64,000 bases of DNA from Eledone cirrhosa (GCA_964016885.1 OZ024743.1:39928001-39992000), one strand, 5' to 3'. Positions 27,645 to 41,528 are shown, counted from the stretch's first letter. Made by a program: numbers and translations. The notes: generated by a model from the letters alone, not told the origin.

Positions 27645-28724
27645 TAAATGTACAGTACATAGTATAATTGAAGTACATAATATATAAAAAAAAAAAGATA
27701 AAAATGAATTATATTACGATTTGGAAATATATGCTTACAATTATAAGCAATATAACTTTAAAAAATATAATTTTAAAAATTACTGAATATCTTAAGATAT
27801 AATTTTAAAATAAGAATATGTCTAAACAATTCAGTATAAAATTTAAATTTTTTATACAATATTTAACTCTCAGTATGTTTAACTTAATTATATAACTATG
27901 TGGGAAATTTACAAAGAAAAAGAAAGAGAAATTTTCAAAAGAGAAACTTTCAAAAATTGGAGAAACCTTTCAAAGAAAATGTTTTCTCCTTTTAAGAGCT
28001 TTTCTGTATGATTATCTAGACAAATTTACTAGGAAAAAGTTTTTATATTTGAGAGTTTAAGCAGTCAAATGAAGGAATCTAATGATTTATCGATAGGTTC
28101 AATATATTAATAGAATTAATTATATATTACATTTTAAATTTATATTTAAACGTTGAGTTCAATCTATGTCTGCAGCATCTTACATTTAGGGAATTTTTGC
28201 TTTTAATATAAAGAATATTTTCTCTATAAAAATATCACAATTTTCTGAAGAGGAATTAAAAGGAGTAGCTTTTGAAATAATATTCCAAAGTAACGAATAT
28301 TTAACGTTCTTTAATTTGAGGTCCCATAATAAGCTAGATAGAGAAGTTGAAGATTTTTTGTTTAAATGCGTAAAAGAGCTTTTATAAACAGTGAGTGTGT
28401 TCTGTTATTTTTTATGGAAATATTATTACAACAATATGACCTCCCTAAGTATAACAATATATATTTATATATATATATATATATAGATATATATATATAT
28501 ATAAATGAAAATAGAGAAATTAATGTGATCTAGAAGCCAACAGTAAGTCATACATATAAGTGACTATTACGTCAAGATGGAAAATATTTAACGTAAGATA
28601 TGGGAAAATAATTCAATCCCAATTCAAAAAAAGTCAAGACAGAAATTTTATCCACAGGGAAAACACCAATAGAATCTCAACTCAGAATAAAATTACTTAT
28701 ACTTCAATTTTGAAAAAAAACAAC

Positions 28725-28757
<33 letters not shown>

Positions 28758-28834
28758 ACGAAGGAAATGTGGTAAGGAACCAGGTGGACCATAAAGCACC
28801 AGAGTACTCAATAGTTAGGGTAGTAGTGTGGGTA

Positions 28835-28945
28835 ATAGGAACAAGTAAGACCCCAACGGCTGAGCTCAAGCCGTTTCGACGGCTAATTCTGTACAGAATT
28901 AGCCGTCGAAACGGCTTGAGCTCAGCCGTCGGGGTCTTACTTGTT

Positions 28946-28950
<5 letters not shown>
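28835..28950. repeat. 116-bp near-perfect palindrome (one mismatch) next to (TA)n
   Basis: ataggaacaagtaagacccc...ctgt|acag...ggggtcttacttgttcctat; axis 28892/28893; only 28855/28930 is unpaired. Confidence 0.95.
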
Positions 28951-29012
<62 letters not shown>

Positions 29013-29055
29013 ATTTCTTTATTAGCCACAAGGGCGCTATATATATATATATATA

Positions 29056-29275
29056 TTAGAAAGTGAGGTTTTTTTTACAACTTGAAAAATAACCGAGGTG
29101 TCCTACACGAGTGAAAGTATAAAGAAAAAGAGATGAAATCGAAAATGCAACTGGAGTCTTATTTTTTTTACAAAATATATATATTTATTTGGTTCCTTTA
29201 CTGGTTTCGCATTTCTTCTGCTTTTCAAAAGTAGAGTTGAGATGGAGGGTCTGTGGTTTTTCTCACAGATGTGAG
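29056..29275 (-). mobile_element. Solo PLE 3' terminal repeat with minimal U3-A8 hammerhead (29196-29231)
   Basis: Near-identical to 37393-37605; minus strand ctt-TTGAAAA-gcagaagaaatgc-GAAA-ccag-TA-aag. Confidence 0.75.
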
Positions 29276-29285
29276 ATTTCATCTC

Positions 29286-29321
<36 letters not shown>

Positions 29322-29530
29322 GAGATGAAATCGAAAATGCTACTGGAGTCTTATTTTTTTTTTAAATATATATATTTATTTGGTTCCTTATATATGCATA
29401 AATATATATATGCATAAAAATATATGCATATATATATATGCATAAATATATATATATATTTATATATTTATATATATGCGTGTGTGTGTAGAAATCTCTC
29501 TTTCTCTCTCTCTATCTCTCTCTTTATATT

Positions 29531-29567
<37 letters not shown>

Positions 29568-29577
29568 ATATATATAT

Positions 29578-30156
29578 AATCCAAATGCAACCATGCAGTA
29601 TTCTTCTTCCCCTTGTTTTTCATATATATTTACCTAAACTGCGATTATCTGTTTCTCTCTTACTCGCCCCCCCCCCCCCCGTTCTCTCTGTTTCTCTTAC
29701 CTTCTTTCACCCTCTCTGTCAGTTACACTTTTTCTCTCGACTGACCTCTTCCTCGCACTTCCACTCACGCACTCTCTGTTTCTCCCCTTCTTAATTCCTC
29801 CCGTTCGCTACTAGTGGGGTTCCTTCTTTCTCACACCGCACTCACGGCGTACGGTCTGCTTCTCTGTCCGCTCATGAAATTCACCCTGGTATGCTGATCG
29901 GATAACTACCATGTGGCTTGCTGTTTTCCAACCTTCGGTTTGCTTTTCCTTCTGTTGTTTACTTGTCTCACTCGCTTTACGCGTTTCACTTGTCCCAATA
30001 GCTTATTTTAGTTATTGCTCGCACCAACCTGAGGTATCTGATTTTTAATGCGATGAAATACCAATGATGGTTGGCAAAATCACTGATGAGGGACTAATTT
30101 TATAATATGTAATCCATGTGCAACCATGCAGTATTCTTCTTCCCCTTGCTTTTCAT
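29578..30156 (+). mobile_element. CT-rich non-autonomous element with ~45-bp terminal direct repeats between (TA)n tracts, possibly PLE-derived
   Basis: tgcaaccatgcagtattcttcttccccttg.ttttcatat at ~29586 and ~30119; orphan CTGATGA near 30082 without GAAA. Confidence 0.5.
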
Positions 30157-30374
30157 ATATATATATATATAAATATATTGTTTCTGTGTATGTATACTAT
30201 TTCAAATTCTGTAAAATTAACCAGGAAACCTGTTAATTACATTTTCCTCAAACATACAAGAATAAAAGAAAATACCTAGTATTATTTGTTTACGTAGAAA
30301 ATTGTACGAAAAAAAGCAAAGAATAGCAGTTTGGTAAAATGGTTTAACTAAAAAGATAAAACATTATATTTCAT

Positions 30375-30560
30375 GACGGTGAATTGGCAGTATCAGTAGA
30401 GGCTTGGACGCCATGCTTTCTAGCATAGTTACGTCCCTTTACGGTTTGAGTTCAAATCCCGTCGAGGTTAACTTTGCCTTTCATCCTTACGGGGTCGATA
30501 AAATAAAGTACCAGTAATGTACTGGGTAAATGCTGGCCTTGTGCCAAATGTAGAAACAAT
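30375..30560 (+). mobile_element. tRNA-derived SINE with a gcctttcatcctt.cggggtcgataaaat central domain (Meta-domain-like)
   Basis: A-box-like tggcagtatc, B-box gagttcaaatcc, conserved core; further copies at 40758-40828 (+), 45057-45240 (-) and 62400-62585 (-). Confidence 0.8.
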
Positions 30561-32148
30561 TATATTTCATGACATTTTCTAGTAAAATTTTCATTATAAT
30601 AGATTGATATTTGTAATATGTGATATATATTATTTCAAATTGCGCAAATTCATTTTAAAGTTAAATTTAATTTGTTACGGCATTGAGATTAAATTATCGA
30701 CCCTATTTAGCAAATTCTATATCATAAAGACAGTTCTTTTTAAATATCAAATTAACTAAACAGAAACAAATGTCAAATGCTGCAACACAATTTAAATATA
30801 TCTAAGCCCGTATATGATGATCAAATCACGAATAATAACAGATTCTAATTTTTTTAAGGGTACTCTATCATGATTCATAATTGCTATTAGGTAAAATAAC
30901 AAATTACGTTGCTTTTATATTATTTGGGATTTTTCTTTAGAACAGTCTAAGCATTAGATCATGTCCCAGGAAATTATATGATATAACCAATAATTACAGC
31001 TTCAATAAAAATAGAATCACATTATTGTGATTAATATAAACTACCATACATAGGAAAAGTGATTGTAAAGCATATACAATGTTGCTACAATGTCTGATAT
31101 AAGAACAATTGAATGCAAATATATTGGGAACCATAATACTGACAGAGTGTTTTGTAAGAAATAATGGCTTGAAATTTATGTTGATATATACCCAGTCATA
31201 TTGTGTCGGTCACCGCTGAGAGCACAGGTGTCCCCAGTCACCGTATTGCTACTTTTTCTCTCCGGCCCTGGGTGAAAGAATTTCGGCTAAATAAAACCTC
31301 ATTAGATGGAATGGTGTCTAGAGTGATTTTCAAAGTCTGGTGATCGTGGAAACGTATTTGCAAGCATATCTGGAAGGAGTAACAACGATACGGCACGACA
31401 CAGCAGTGTTCCACTACTCTCTTATGTTATGTATTTCTCATGTACTAGCGTCATACCAACAGAAATTATGGTTTTGTTTTGCGGGCTAGCCTCATTTTCA
31501 TGAGACTTGCTTTCTAACGCGCGAAATCATATGCATCTAGAAGGAAACTCATGAGGTCATCACGAAGGTATAGATCTGTATTTCGCTTCATTCTACGTTC
31601 TTCATTATTTCTCCATTATGTTTTATCTTTAGTGTTTCTCAACAAAGTATACCTCCATCCTTCTAAATTCCCGAAATTCTTTCCTCATCTCATCTCCATC
31701 TATCTCTCATGCACTACCTCTCATTTTCACTCTCTCTCTACCCCTCCCATTTCTAATTTCATTCTTACATTCTCTGTTCCTTCCCATCCTTCCTCTCAAT
31801 ATGTGGTTGTATTTTAAACCGGCGTTGCTATGCACATAACAATTAGCTGTCTACAGCTAATCCCCGCGCTGAGATTCCTACAATATTATGAAAATTCATA
31901 TATATATATATATATCCAAAATTAAATTAAGGACGTCATGTCAGAGAGACATGTGCCCTATCCACTGTAGAATACGGTCCAAGATGTTACCTACCTAGTT
32001 ATGTATGCTTACACACTTTTACAAATTATTCCCTGTGATTGTTTCATATGTATATTTTAGATATATATATATGTCAATCAATTTCTAGTTGCTTTATATA
32101 ATATATATATATATATATAATATATAAAATACACACACACACAGATAT

Positions 32149-32207
<59 letters not shown>

Positions 32208-33425
32208 TAGATAGATAGATATAGATATATATAGATATAGATATAAACAATATCTAGTGGGATTTAAAAACACCGGTTCATTAGAATCCTTTGTACTTTT
32301 AATGTATAAACATTCTGAGTATTTTCTATTTCTGAAAATCCCTTTAGAAATAATGGGTATTTCATCAATTTGTACCAGATAATCTTAACGTTTGTTAAAA
32401 TACATCGTCAATGTGCTACACCCAATAGAAATGCTAGTCATTTAAGTATAAATAATGTTCATGGCATATGATCGAGTTTCAGTGGTAAATATATATAACA
32501 CAGTATAATATAATGCAATATAATTCTGCATTATTTAAATTTCAACTACATTATTGAAGATATCGAAATACACTAAGGAAATAAGTATGAACTACTAACA
32601 TCAAATTTTAATTGACTTAAAATTTTCTTTGTAGCCGATGCTCCCTTCATTCATTTCATTGAAGAATAAAAAGAGAAAGTACATTATTTTCTTCCATCAT
32701 TTATACAGCATGCCATTTTGTAATTTATAAACTATTTTCCCTTTTGGCTTCCCTTTGAAAGTAATTGTAATTCTCATTTCTCTGCTTTTTTAAAGCTTTT
32801 ATTTTAATGTTTTTCAAGAAATAAATTTGAAACTAGACAAAGTAAACAATTGAAATAAAGTTAGTGAATATAGTTTTAATGTATATTTATCTGAGGACCA
32901 GCCACCACATTAAATTTATGTTTTAATGTTAACAATACAAAGGAATCACCATCTATATTTTCAAATGGCATGAAGGCATACAATTAAGTGATAGTTATAT
33001 TTACGTAATACCTCACAGATATAAATCAATACATTGACCAAAAACACGCAGTACATACTTTGGAATGTAATGTGTAACTATGTGACCAGAGATTACATTT
33101 ATACTGATACAACTATAACCAACTTTCCGTGGTAATATTAAAGACAACACTTTACAGAAGCAGAATGTTAAATATTCACGATCATGTTGAATAATGATGG
33201 TAAGATACACGGATTGTAGGAATAGTAAATATACGACATGCACCAAATCCGTAAAATAGCTGGTTCATACATGCTTCTGTGGATAAGTATCTTGTGATGC
33301 AACTATGTAGTTTCTGGTATAGTCGCATGACGTGTTCTGTTGTGAAAGTATCTCCTAGTGTACTCATTGTTTGATCAATGGTTTGTGGATGAAATTTGGT
33401 GTACTTCAAGATACCAAAGACCGCC

Positions 33426-33458
<33 letters not shown>

Positions 33459-33536
33459 AACTAGAAACTGGTTAGACACTTACTCACCAGAGTAAACGAT
33501 ACTCGGTGTCGTAGAGTATTGTTATATTATGAAGTG

Positions 33537-33625
33537 CCAGGACCCCGGCGGCTCAGCTCTTGCCGTTTCAACAACGTGGTAAAGTCTGTGAAACGGCAAA
33601 ACTCAGCTGTCGTGGTCCTGACTAG
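33537..33625. repeat. Imperfect inverted repeat, same family as the 28835-28950 palindrome
   Basis: caggacccc..cggct.agctc..gccgtttca ... tgaaacggc....ctcagctgtcgtggtcctg; both loci have caccagagta upstream and lie between (TA)n tracts. Confidence 0.75.
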
Positions 33626-33630
33626 AATAA

Positions 33631-33680
<50 letters not shown>

Positions 33681-35359
33681 TTGTCAGTGTCAGTCTTTTT
33701 AAGTACTTGCGCCTGTGTGTCTGTTTATATCCCATAAGTTACCAATCGATACAGATTCAGCAATGCTATAATTTCAATGCTTGAAAAATACTTATTGTTG
33801 TCGATTAAGGTGGTGCATTTGCATACCCTAGTCTAATGGTGAAAGACAATAAAAGAATAAAAGTATATACATAATGATTTATAAATAACACGAAAGGTGA
33901 ATTCATTTTATAATTAACCATTACTCACACTGAATGTAAAATAGAACTAAAAGACCCTCGATGGGGGCAGTTAAATACTATGGCAATGAGCCAAAATGTA
34001 TCAAGTATTTTAATTTGACACCACAAGGAGTGTATAATTTGCTATATATATTCTAAACATTAGCATCACAATAGTCATAGCAAATTCTAGAAACCATAAT
34101 TTCTCTCTCCACAAGGATGCTTTAGCTATACAAAGGCTCACAACACAACATTGAAAAAGAAACTCCAACTTCATCTCTGCTAAACTATAATACGACTACA
34201 TTAGATAAGCAATTCTCACATTAGTATACATTTGTCTATTATTGGTTTCATTCACTAGACTGCACTCACGTTGCTATTATATTTGCGTCATTGCTACTTA
34301 CTTATACTTACGAAAGTCCACATCTCGATAAAGATCGTTTGACTGACTCAGTCCCCACCACACTTCAACCTTCAGTTTAATCTCTCCCCCTCTCTCCTTC
34401 CATCTCTCTCTCAGTCTCTCTGTCACTCTCTCTTTTCTTTTTTTCTGTTTTCTTCCGTTCATGCTTTATCTCGCCCAGGCCGAAGATTCTTATCCTCGAT
34501 CTCTTAACTTCACATATGATGAGCTCTCACATAATAGGATTCATATCTTCATATCTACCTTCACTGGACTCAGCCAACAAATTATTAGAACTACATTAGG
34601 AAAACCAAAAGATTTGTTCTTCTTCCAAAACTTACGTTTATTTTATAATTTTTCTTAAAGAACGTTATATATAGAAATAAATATTTTGAACGCAGTGTAG
34701 CAAAATTGCTAAGTTTTTCATAAATATCATTCACCTAAAGTTTAGAAAAATATCTTCCGCTGATGAGTAATTATGGGTGCTCAAATTAATTAGGTTAATG
34801 CTGAAAAGTTTATATTGCATGTGATGTTTACATAAAGTAATTTTTAGATATTGTCTAAGAAATTTAGCTTATATTTATTCTAAGAAAGTGTTCATAAAAT
34901 TAAATCTCTTTCATTGATATTTCAATTAGCATATTCTCTCATTAAGTTATGCTGCAATTAATAACATCGGATAACAGCAACTTTATATCGTTCTTATAAT
35001 TAACTCAGATGTACACTTGCTCAAAATTTGAATTCATTAAACTAGTATTCTATGTCATAGTTAAATATGTTATTTAGAAAATTGGGGACAGTTGTCGGTC
35101 ATCAGAATGGACGACGAAAGACACATTTGTTTTTATTACAGATGTAACTCCCGGTCGCAACTTCTGGTAGAGATGTCATCACTTATCTGTTTACAGATTG
35201 CGGCATATGAACCAAATGGAAAGGATACCGCAAAGGATTCGCTGTTAGTATTTAACAATTCTGCTACTCCCCCAACTATTAGATTACATTCATATATATA
35301 TATATGTATCCAAACTGAAATTGCATAAATCTTCGAGAAGCTTCTGAAGAAACTAGACG

Positions 35360-35417
<58 letters not shown>

Positions 35418-35442
35418 GGTGTAACACACGTGTTGTGATATA

Positions 35443-35727
35443 TTAGTAAAAGGAAAAGAAAACGGTGACACATTTTTCACAGTAAAAAAGAGTTTAATTA
35501 GGAATAACTATAATTTGGTAAGTATTGCTTAGTATTCAGTTTTAGTTTTAAGATTTCACGTGCGCTCTATCTAAAAATTATTTTTGAAAAGCATTAGAAA
35601 TGCGCAACCGTTAAAAACTTCAAACTAAAATTGAATAACTAATACGTATTACTAATTTATACTTATTCCTAATTAAACTATTTTTCACTGGGAAAAAAAT
35701 GTCAGCATTTTCTTTTCCTTTTACTAA
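35443..35727. mobile_element. Fold-back element (~100-bp diverged arms) with a decayed minimal U3-A8 hammerhead at 35581-35616 (+)
   Basis: ttagtaaaaggaaaagaaaa...ttttcttttccttttactaa; ttt-TTGAAAA-gcatt-aga-aatgc-GcAA-ccgt-TA-aaa. Confidence 0.7.
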
Positions 35728-35848
35728 TATATATATATATATATATGTGTATATATATATATATATATTAGTAAAAGGAAAAGAAAATGCTGACAAATTT
35801 TTCCCAGTGAAAATAGTTTAATTAGGAATAAGTATGAATTAGTAATAC

Positions 35849-35937
<89 letters not shown>

Positions 35938-35942
<5 letters not shown>

Positions 35943-36755
35943 GCAATAGAATGAAACGAAATTTCATTTCTCACTCTTAGTAAAGCTGTTCAGCCGTTAA
36001 TATGCACAAGGAAAGTATATACTTTCAGACGTTCAACCATATGGCAGGAAGGTATACGATGCTGACGATAGATAATAAGCTTGAAACTAGCACATCGTTC
36101 ATGTGTCAGTGTTGAACTAAAAGGTGACGTGGTTGCCTAAACACTGTACGGCGTAATTCGGGCTATTTGTTTGTTTACAAACAAACAAACCGAGTATTAT
36201 AATAAATGTCCGGTAAATCGATACGTGCATATATATATATATATGTGCATGTATGTATATATATATACATACTACTGTACGTCTGTATACATATATCTAT
36301 GTACGTATACATACATACATACTTACATTTAAGTAACTGCCGTACTAAGAGTGAGAAATGATATTTCGTTTCATTCTATTCCATTTATCGTTTTCGCTGC
36401 GCCCAGCCGACTAAACTCACTCGATATGCACATTAGGCTGCTCAGCCGTTAATATGCATGAGAAAAGTATATACTTTCAGACGTTCAACCATCTGGCAGG
36501 AAGGTATACGATGCTGACGATAGCTAATAAGCTTGAAACTAGTGCATCGTTCCTGTGTCAGTGTTGAATAAAAAAATGACGTGGTTGCCTAAACACTGTA
36601 CGGCGTAATTCCGGCTCTTTATTTGTTTACAAACAAACAAACCGAGCATTATAATAAATGTTTCGTAAACCGATACGTGCATATATATATATGTGTGCAT
36701 GTATGCATATATATATATATATACATACTACTGTACGTCTGTATACATATATGTA

Positions 36756-36760
<5 letters not shown>
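35938..36760 (+). mobile_element. Partial tandem (452-bp period) hammerhead-bearing repeat with a short inverted 5' arm, in (TA)n
   Basis: 35985-36300 is repeated at 36437-36760; HHR motifs at 36056-36098 and 36508-36550; 35938-35984 is the reverse complement of ~36340-36387. Confidence 0.8.
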
Positions 36761-36814
<54 letters not shown>

Positions 36815-36821
<7 letters not shown>

Positions 36822-36923
36822 GTATTGCCCAAGGACATAACCTATCGCCCGGTCCAGATATCGAACTCACAACCTCACGATTGAGAGCTCAATTCTCTTA
36901 CCACTCAGCCACGCGCCTTCACC
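36815..36923 (-). mobile_element. Inverted duplicate of a tRNA-SINE head
   Basis: 109-bp reverse complement of 37168-37276 with one mismatch. Confidence 0.9.
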
Positions 36924-36946
36924 AATATATATATATATATATATAT

Positions 36947-37153
<207 letters not shown>

Positions 37154-37167
37154 TATATATATATATA

Positions 37168-37370
37168 GGTGAAGGCGCGTGGCTGAGTGGTAAGAGAATT
37201 GAGCTCTCAATCGTGAGGTTGTGAGTTCGATATCTGGACCGGGCGATGGGTTATGTCCTTGGGCAATACACTTTATTTCATGTTGCTCCTTCTACCTGGA
37301 GTTGCGACCGATAGATAGTATTAGCAATTGGAAAAACCAAGGGAAACTTTGTTTCCTCGGTCCGATTTTT
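37168..37370 (+). mobile_element. tRNA-derived SINE (second family)
   Basis: A box TGGCTGAGTGG, B box GAGTTCGATAT, then tgtccttgggcaa.acacttt. Confidence 0.8.
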
Positions 37371-37392
37371 CATATATATATATATATATATA

Positions 37393-39085
37393 TTAGAAAG
37401 TGAGGTCTTTTTACAAAACGAAAAATAACCGAGGTGTCCTACACGAGTGAAAGTATAAAGAAAAAAAGATGAAATCGAAAATGCAACTGGAGTCTTATTT
37501 AAAAAAAATATATATATATTTATTTGGTTCCTTTACCTGTTTCGCAGTTCTTCTGCTTTTCAAAAGTAGAGTTGAGATGGAGGGTCTGTGGTTTTTCTCA
37601 CATCTGGTTGGTCTTTGAATGTTACTTGTTTTGTATGGAAAAAAAGTGGCTCGAAACGCCAGGTTTTTAGAGAAGTAATTTGATTGGTTGGTCAATAAGT
37701 ATAATACATTTCACGCCAGTTCGCGTTACAATAGTTCTTCAAATAAGAGGGGGGGGTGTGGTAGGTAATTTGGCATTGGTGAGTAAGGTTTTTAGAGATT
37801 TCGTTTGTGTTTTGAGTATTTTGTGTGTTTCAAGGGCTTTTTTCATTCTTGGGTCTTGTTTCAGTAGTGGGATGTTCTTGTGAATAGTATTGTAAGCTTC
37901 CGTATTTCTTGGGTTGTGTATTGAGATATAATAGAATATTGGACGTACCTTGAATTTGTTTCTGTTTTCGTAATTCATCAATGACTATTACTTTAGCCGT
38001 TTCTTATTAGTAATGGTGGGTATTGTCTTTCAAGTAGAATTTCGTTTAATTCTTGAAGTCTTTTATTTCGCGTTTCATAATTGGAGACAATTGTGAAAAT
38101 TCTTCCTAGGTTAAAAGTAATGTTCATCTTCGTTGGAGGTGAATAGCAGGTATTGTTTGGAATCTGTTGGTTTGTAGTGTATGTCAGCTTCAATAATTGT
38201 GTCTTTTTTTCAGATTAAGATGTCCAGAAATGGGAGTTGATCTTGGCTGTATTCCATTGTGAAATGGATGTGGTTATTGATGTCGTTTATTAAATTTTTG
38301 AAATCATTCAGTTGGTCGGGTGTGTGGGGCCAAAGATGAAGACAATCATCCAAGTAGCGTTTCCAATTCTATTATAAATATTTGTGGAAGTTCAATCCGT
38401 ATTTTGATTTGGACTGTTCATAAATCTGGACTTCTAAGTATGCCATGACTAAGTTGGCATAAGTCGGAGTGGCTTTTGTACTCATCGCAGTCCCCGATAT
38501 TTGCTTGTAAGTACTGCCATCGAAATAAAAAAAGTTGCTCTGTAAGATAAATTTTAATCCCTCGTTGATGACGCTTTTTTCTATTCTGTCAGGTATCTCA
38601 TTGGGATATTTCTCTAGCCAGAATCGTATTGCTTGTATTCCGTATTGGTGTGGGATCGTTGTGTAGAGATTCACTTCATCGAAAGACACAATAATAGTAT
38701 CGTTGTTGACATGTTTGGGGAGGTGGTTTATAAGGTCCAGGACGTCTCTTACAAGGCATCCTATGTGTTTGAGAATTGGTTTTAGTAGTATGTCTATAAA
38801 GTTGCTCAGTCTGTGTGTTTCACATTGTGGGCCCGCTACAATTCATCTTAATTTAAGGTTAGTGGGGTATTGTGTGTTTACGCAGGCTGAGGTGGATTGT
38901 TTACATGCATCGTTAATTATTTTACACTTGTGGATCTTCGGAAGTCCGTAAAGGTTGCTGGTTTTGTATTCAAAATGTGTTAAATAATCGCGTTCCTTTT
39001 TAGTTAAGTCTTCCTGGTATCGGAAAATCAGTGTGTTTAATCTGCTCATCATTTTTGACTGCTGGTAGTTTTTTACTCTTACTCT
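37393..39085 (-). mobile_element. Penelope-like element: RT fragment plus 3' terminal repeat with minimal hammerhead (37531-37566); GIY-YIG not seen
   Basis: SNLYGLPKIHK, SFDEVNLYTTIP, YKQISGTAMS and WKRYLDD (PLE RT motifs); ctt-TTGAAAA-gcag-aagaa-ctgc-GAAA-cagg-TA-aag. Confidence 0.88.
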
Positions 39086-40061
39086 AGACCTGAAAAATGT
39101 TTGATGTGAGATAGTGTATTTTACTGGATTCCTGTTGATATGCACAGTAGATTTGGGTATTTCACTCTTTTATTTCAACTCCATTTCGATTCTCTTTATT
39201 TTGCAATTCACATTCCACCGTTGCGAAACTTATTTGGGTTTCGGGGTTCAAATTCGTCTACAGAACAGGTTTGAATTTTGAAATTTAAATATGTCCAGGA
39301 ATCATGGCTGTTGTCAATATAAGCTTGTCTTTATTGACTTATATCGAGACAGACAAATTGTATTTACTTTAATTAGTTTATTTCATTAATGGCTAACTTT
39401 GTCTGTTGCAATATGAACACATTTCGTGTTTATCATATATTTTAAATGTAACTGCTCGGAAGAGCCCCTTCCTGGAGCTTAATTATTGTAAACGACTGAG
39501 AGTTTATTCTCAAAATATAATATAATGTATAGCTCCTTTATTGTATGAGCTGATCCTTAATCCTGCATAAGCGGCTGTTATTTCTAGCACCGTGAATGCC
39601 GGATAGCTAGTTTTGGCTTGCCTGCACACGTGTAGTCAGACCTGAACAATTTTTGATGTGAGATAGTGTATTTTACTGGATTCCTGTTGATATGCACAGT
39701 AGATTTGGGTATTTCACTCTTTTATTTCAACTCCATTTCGATTCTCTTTATTTTTCAATTCACATTCCACCGTTGCGAAACTTATTTGGGTTTCGGGGTT
39801 CAAATTCGTCTACAGAACAGGTTTGAATTTCAAAATTTAAATATGTCCAGGAATCATGGCTGTTGCCAATATAAGCTTGTCTTTATTGACTTATATCGAG
39901 ACAGACAAATTGTATTTACTTTAATTAGTTTATTTCATTAATGGCTAACTTTGTCTGTTGCAATATGAACACATTTCGTGTTTATCATATATTTTAAATG
40001 TAACTGCTCGGAAGAGCCCCTTAATTATTGTAAACGACTGAGAGTTTATTCTCAAAATATA

Positions 40062-40066
<5 letters not shown>
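39086..40066. repeat. Partial tandem direct duplication, 552-bp period (~1.8 units)
   Basis: agacctgaa.aat.tttgatgtgagatag... at 39086 and 39638, near-identical for ~430 bp, ending at (TA)n. Confidence 0.9.
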
Positions 40067-40105
<39 letters not shown>

Positions 40106-40331
40106 TATATAGATATCAGCGTCTGAAGGAAAGTGAGTCCTGTAGTTCAGGTTGGTCACGGGCTGAATAGTATTAGATGTGTGTGGTACATTTTTTAAGT
40201 TATATGGGTGTGAATATAGTTGAAAAACCAGGTGCATCGGCTGAGAACCTTGAGGCGTCAATAGTAAATATGTACTTCGATAGTTCAGAAATAATGTGGA
40301 AGTTCAAATTTGACAATATATATATATATAC

Positions 40332-40416
<85 letters not shown>

Positions 40417-40561
40417 GTATGTGTGTATGTGTGTGCGTATGTGTGAGTCTGTCTGTGCAAGTATTTGTGTGTTTGTGCATTCACGCAAATGTATTTGCCA
40501 CTTACATAGAGAGATAAACACGCACACTTATCTCTCTCTGTCAGCCTCTCTCTGTCTTTAT

Positions 40562-40608
<47 letters not shown>

Positions 40609-41528
40609 TAAACATATGTGTATGTTTATGTTGACGTGTGAGTGAGTTCTGGTATGTTTATGTGAGTGACTTTATGCGTGGCATTGTTTATTTCGCTTGA
40701 ACGAACTTGACGCCAACGTTCGCTTCCCTTTCCATGAAAACTTCTTTGCAGATGTTAACGGGGTCGATAAAATAAAGTACCAGTAATACACTGGGTAGTT
40801 GCTGGCTTTGTTCCTAACGTAGAAACAGTTTCCCTACAATATAGACGACTTTCAAAAATCATTGCTTGGCATTGACTTCGTAATGAAAGTAAACTATATT
40901 TACCAAGTAACAAATTCTGCGTCAGTAAAACAAGTCATTATTTTGTTGAGTGTGGTTCATAGAATAGGTCTCTATTGCTACAAATACTATACATATTATT
41001 TAAGACTTTCTTCTCGTTACATTTAATCACATACCTTCAGAATCCATGTGATGTGGAGCTGTGATCTTCATTGTCAAACGTTTATCTATTCATAGACTGT
41101 AGTAAACATTACAGGAAATATAATTTGTTCAGTTCATGTGAGGAGTGTTAATTCACCGATGCAAAATGCATACAGAGAGGCCAGTAATAAGTTCGTAGAA
41201 ATGCTATACTGTCTCTCTTTCCCCCGATATAAAAGTGTCCAAAACATACATCCGTCACTCTTTTGCTTAATCAACTTACTTGACTTGATTAATTAAATAT
41301 GTATGTCATTTATGTTTTCTTCGGTGGAAAAGTATTCTAAGAAACTAATCAATGGATACTAGGTATTTTGCAGTGTATGGAATATGCAATCAGTGTTTAA
41401 TGTCTCTTGACCGATGCTAAATATCTCAGGCTTATGCATATAGACTATTTCCGAAGGTTTGGGGTATATAAACCGCTGGTAATCACTACGGGAATTCATA
41501 TCGGATGTGTATCGTCTTGATCATTGAC

